Shown here piece by piece: positions 62,940-64,000 of a DNA stretch of 64,000 nucleotides. The stretch is from positions 484,458 to 548,457 of the forward strand of contig NMRA01000292.1 of the NCBI GenBank assembly GCA_002633005.1, read 5' to 3'. The notes under the pieces were generated by a model. That model saw only the letters and a list, made by a program, of their open reading frames with translations, was not told the DNA's origin and searched no databases. Origin of the DNA: Phoronis australis (Eukaryota; Animalia; Phoronida). Each line of letters opens with the position of its first letter. Position 1 is the stretch's first letter. Made by a program: the position numbers and the translations under genes.

Positions 62940-64000
62940 GTATTGTGCATTTTGACTGTAATCCTTAGCAATGTCACCAACCACTGAATGTGTAGTATTC
63001 TAAACCAGTTCTTTCAAATGTTCATCCTATTGCTAGTTCACCAGAAAATCCAGGAAATTAGACACCTTTGTTACTTAAAGGCATAGTACTTCAGTTTTTT
63101 GATAAGGAAATACCATTCGTAAAGTCATAAAATCAAAAGCTTATTTTTTTTTCAAATTCTTAATAATCTGAGAGACCTGTGAATTCTTAAAGATGTAGCC
63201 CGACTGTTTGTTGACAAAGAATATTTTATTCTTTTTACACCCACATTTTGCATTTTCATCTTATTGATGTCATCCTGTCCTGGTGTCTGGGTGTCTGGTT
63301 GATATCTTGAAAACCCTTGGTTAGACCTTAATGAAATAAGGCACAAGGGTGTACGGTATCACCAGGGTGGGTTATGAGGTGGGGTTTTTCAGTATTTTAT
63401 GAGAACATCATTTCTGAATGGTATCTTGAGAAGCAATTAATGGATTATTATAGAATTTGAAGCAGTTGTATGGGATGGCCATTTGCTTGTTTCAGTTGAT
63501 TTTCAGATTTGATTACTGCAGTACCCTCTAGTGGCCATTTGCGTCTTGAAACGGGCTTTATCAGTATTTTTGCAAGGAAGATAGTTTCTGCTGATATTTA
63601 GAAAATTAACTGAAAGCTTTCAATGAAATTTTTTTGACACAGACTGAGGTATGTGATAACAATGGCTATTTTTTTAGCAGACTCAACTACTGCAACACCC
63701 TCTTGTGGCCATTTCATTTTGTAGATGATGACAGTTACCAGTTTTGAGCAGACTGCAACAAGTGCAACTGTTGGGCCAAAAAAACATAGCTGTAGTTCTG
63801 GTGTGAATGTTTTTGAAAATGGAGGCAGGAGCGCAGTGTTTGTAGTCGCTCACGTTTCCAAAAAAAGAAAATCCACCTAATATCAGCAAAAATGATGCGG
63901 GATTTGTTTTTTTTTAACTTACGGGTTGGCAAATCTTCTTGTTTCAAACCTTGTTTATGTGCCTTTGAGCATCCTTTTTAAAAAACACAAACTTTGACTG

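Noticed and set aside
63661-64000. DDX1 exon 3
   Set aside because: No frame encoding the expected LPTD(I/V)QAE..PLILGGGDV was found; it presumably lies beyond the window.

Overview
Eukaryotic (animal, probably invertebrate/lophotrochozoan-like) genomic DNA with spliced genes and many transposons; no rRNA, tRNA or CRISPR features were seen. Bases 1-20 kb carry no host gene and consist of TE relics: a CR1/L2-type LINE remnant, two AT-flanked ISL2EU-like elements (one with decayed SAP-domain and THAP exons), a THAP-bearing Kolobok-like deletion derivative, a TTAA MITE family and minisatellites. The remainder holds five hand-assembled genes: (1) a 9-exon, 522-aa cyclic-nucleotide-binding-domain gene (CNBD1/2-like, +, 20573-36665); (2,3) a head-to-head pair of multiple-cysteine-cluster Toll-like receptors, one with an intronless CDS (-, 41147-43873) and one with 3 exons (+, 48413-54057) whose TIR domain is split at the BB-loop by a non-canonical GC-AG intron; (4) a KCTD7/14-like BTB gene (-, 58723-61181); (5) the first two exons of DDX1 (+, from 61608), which starts about 430 bp from the KCTD start codon. 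The most interesting candidate system is the divergent TLR pair, which has a shared NF-kB/CRE-bearing spacer and a possible TIR-truncating splice switch. All models come from manual reading; no database searches were run.
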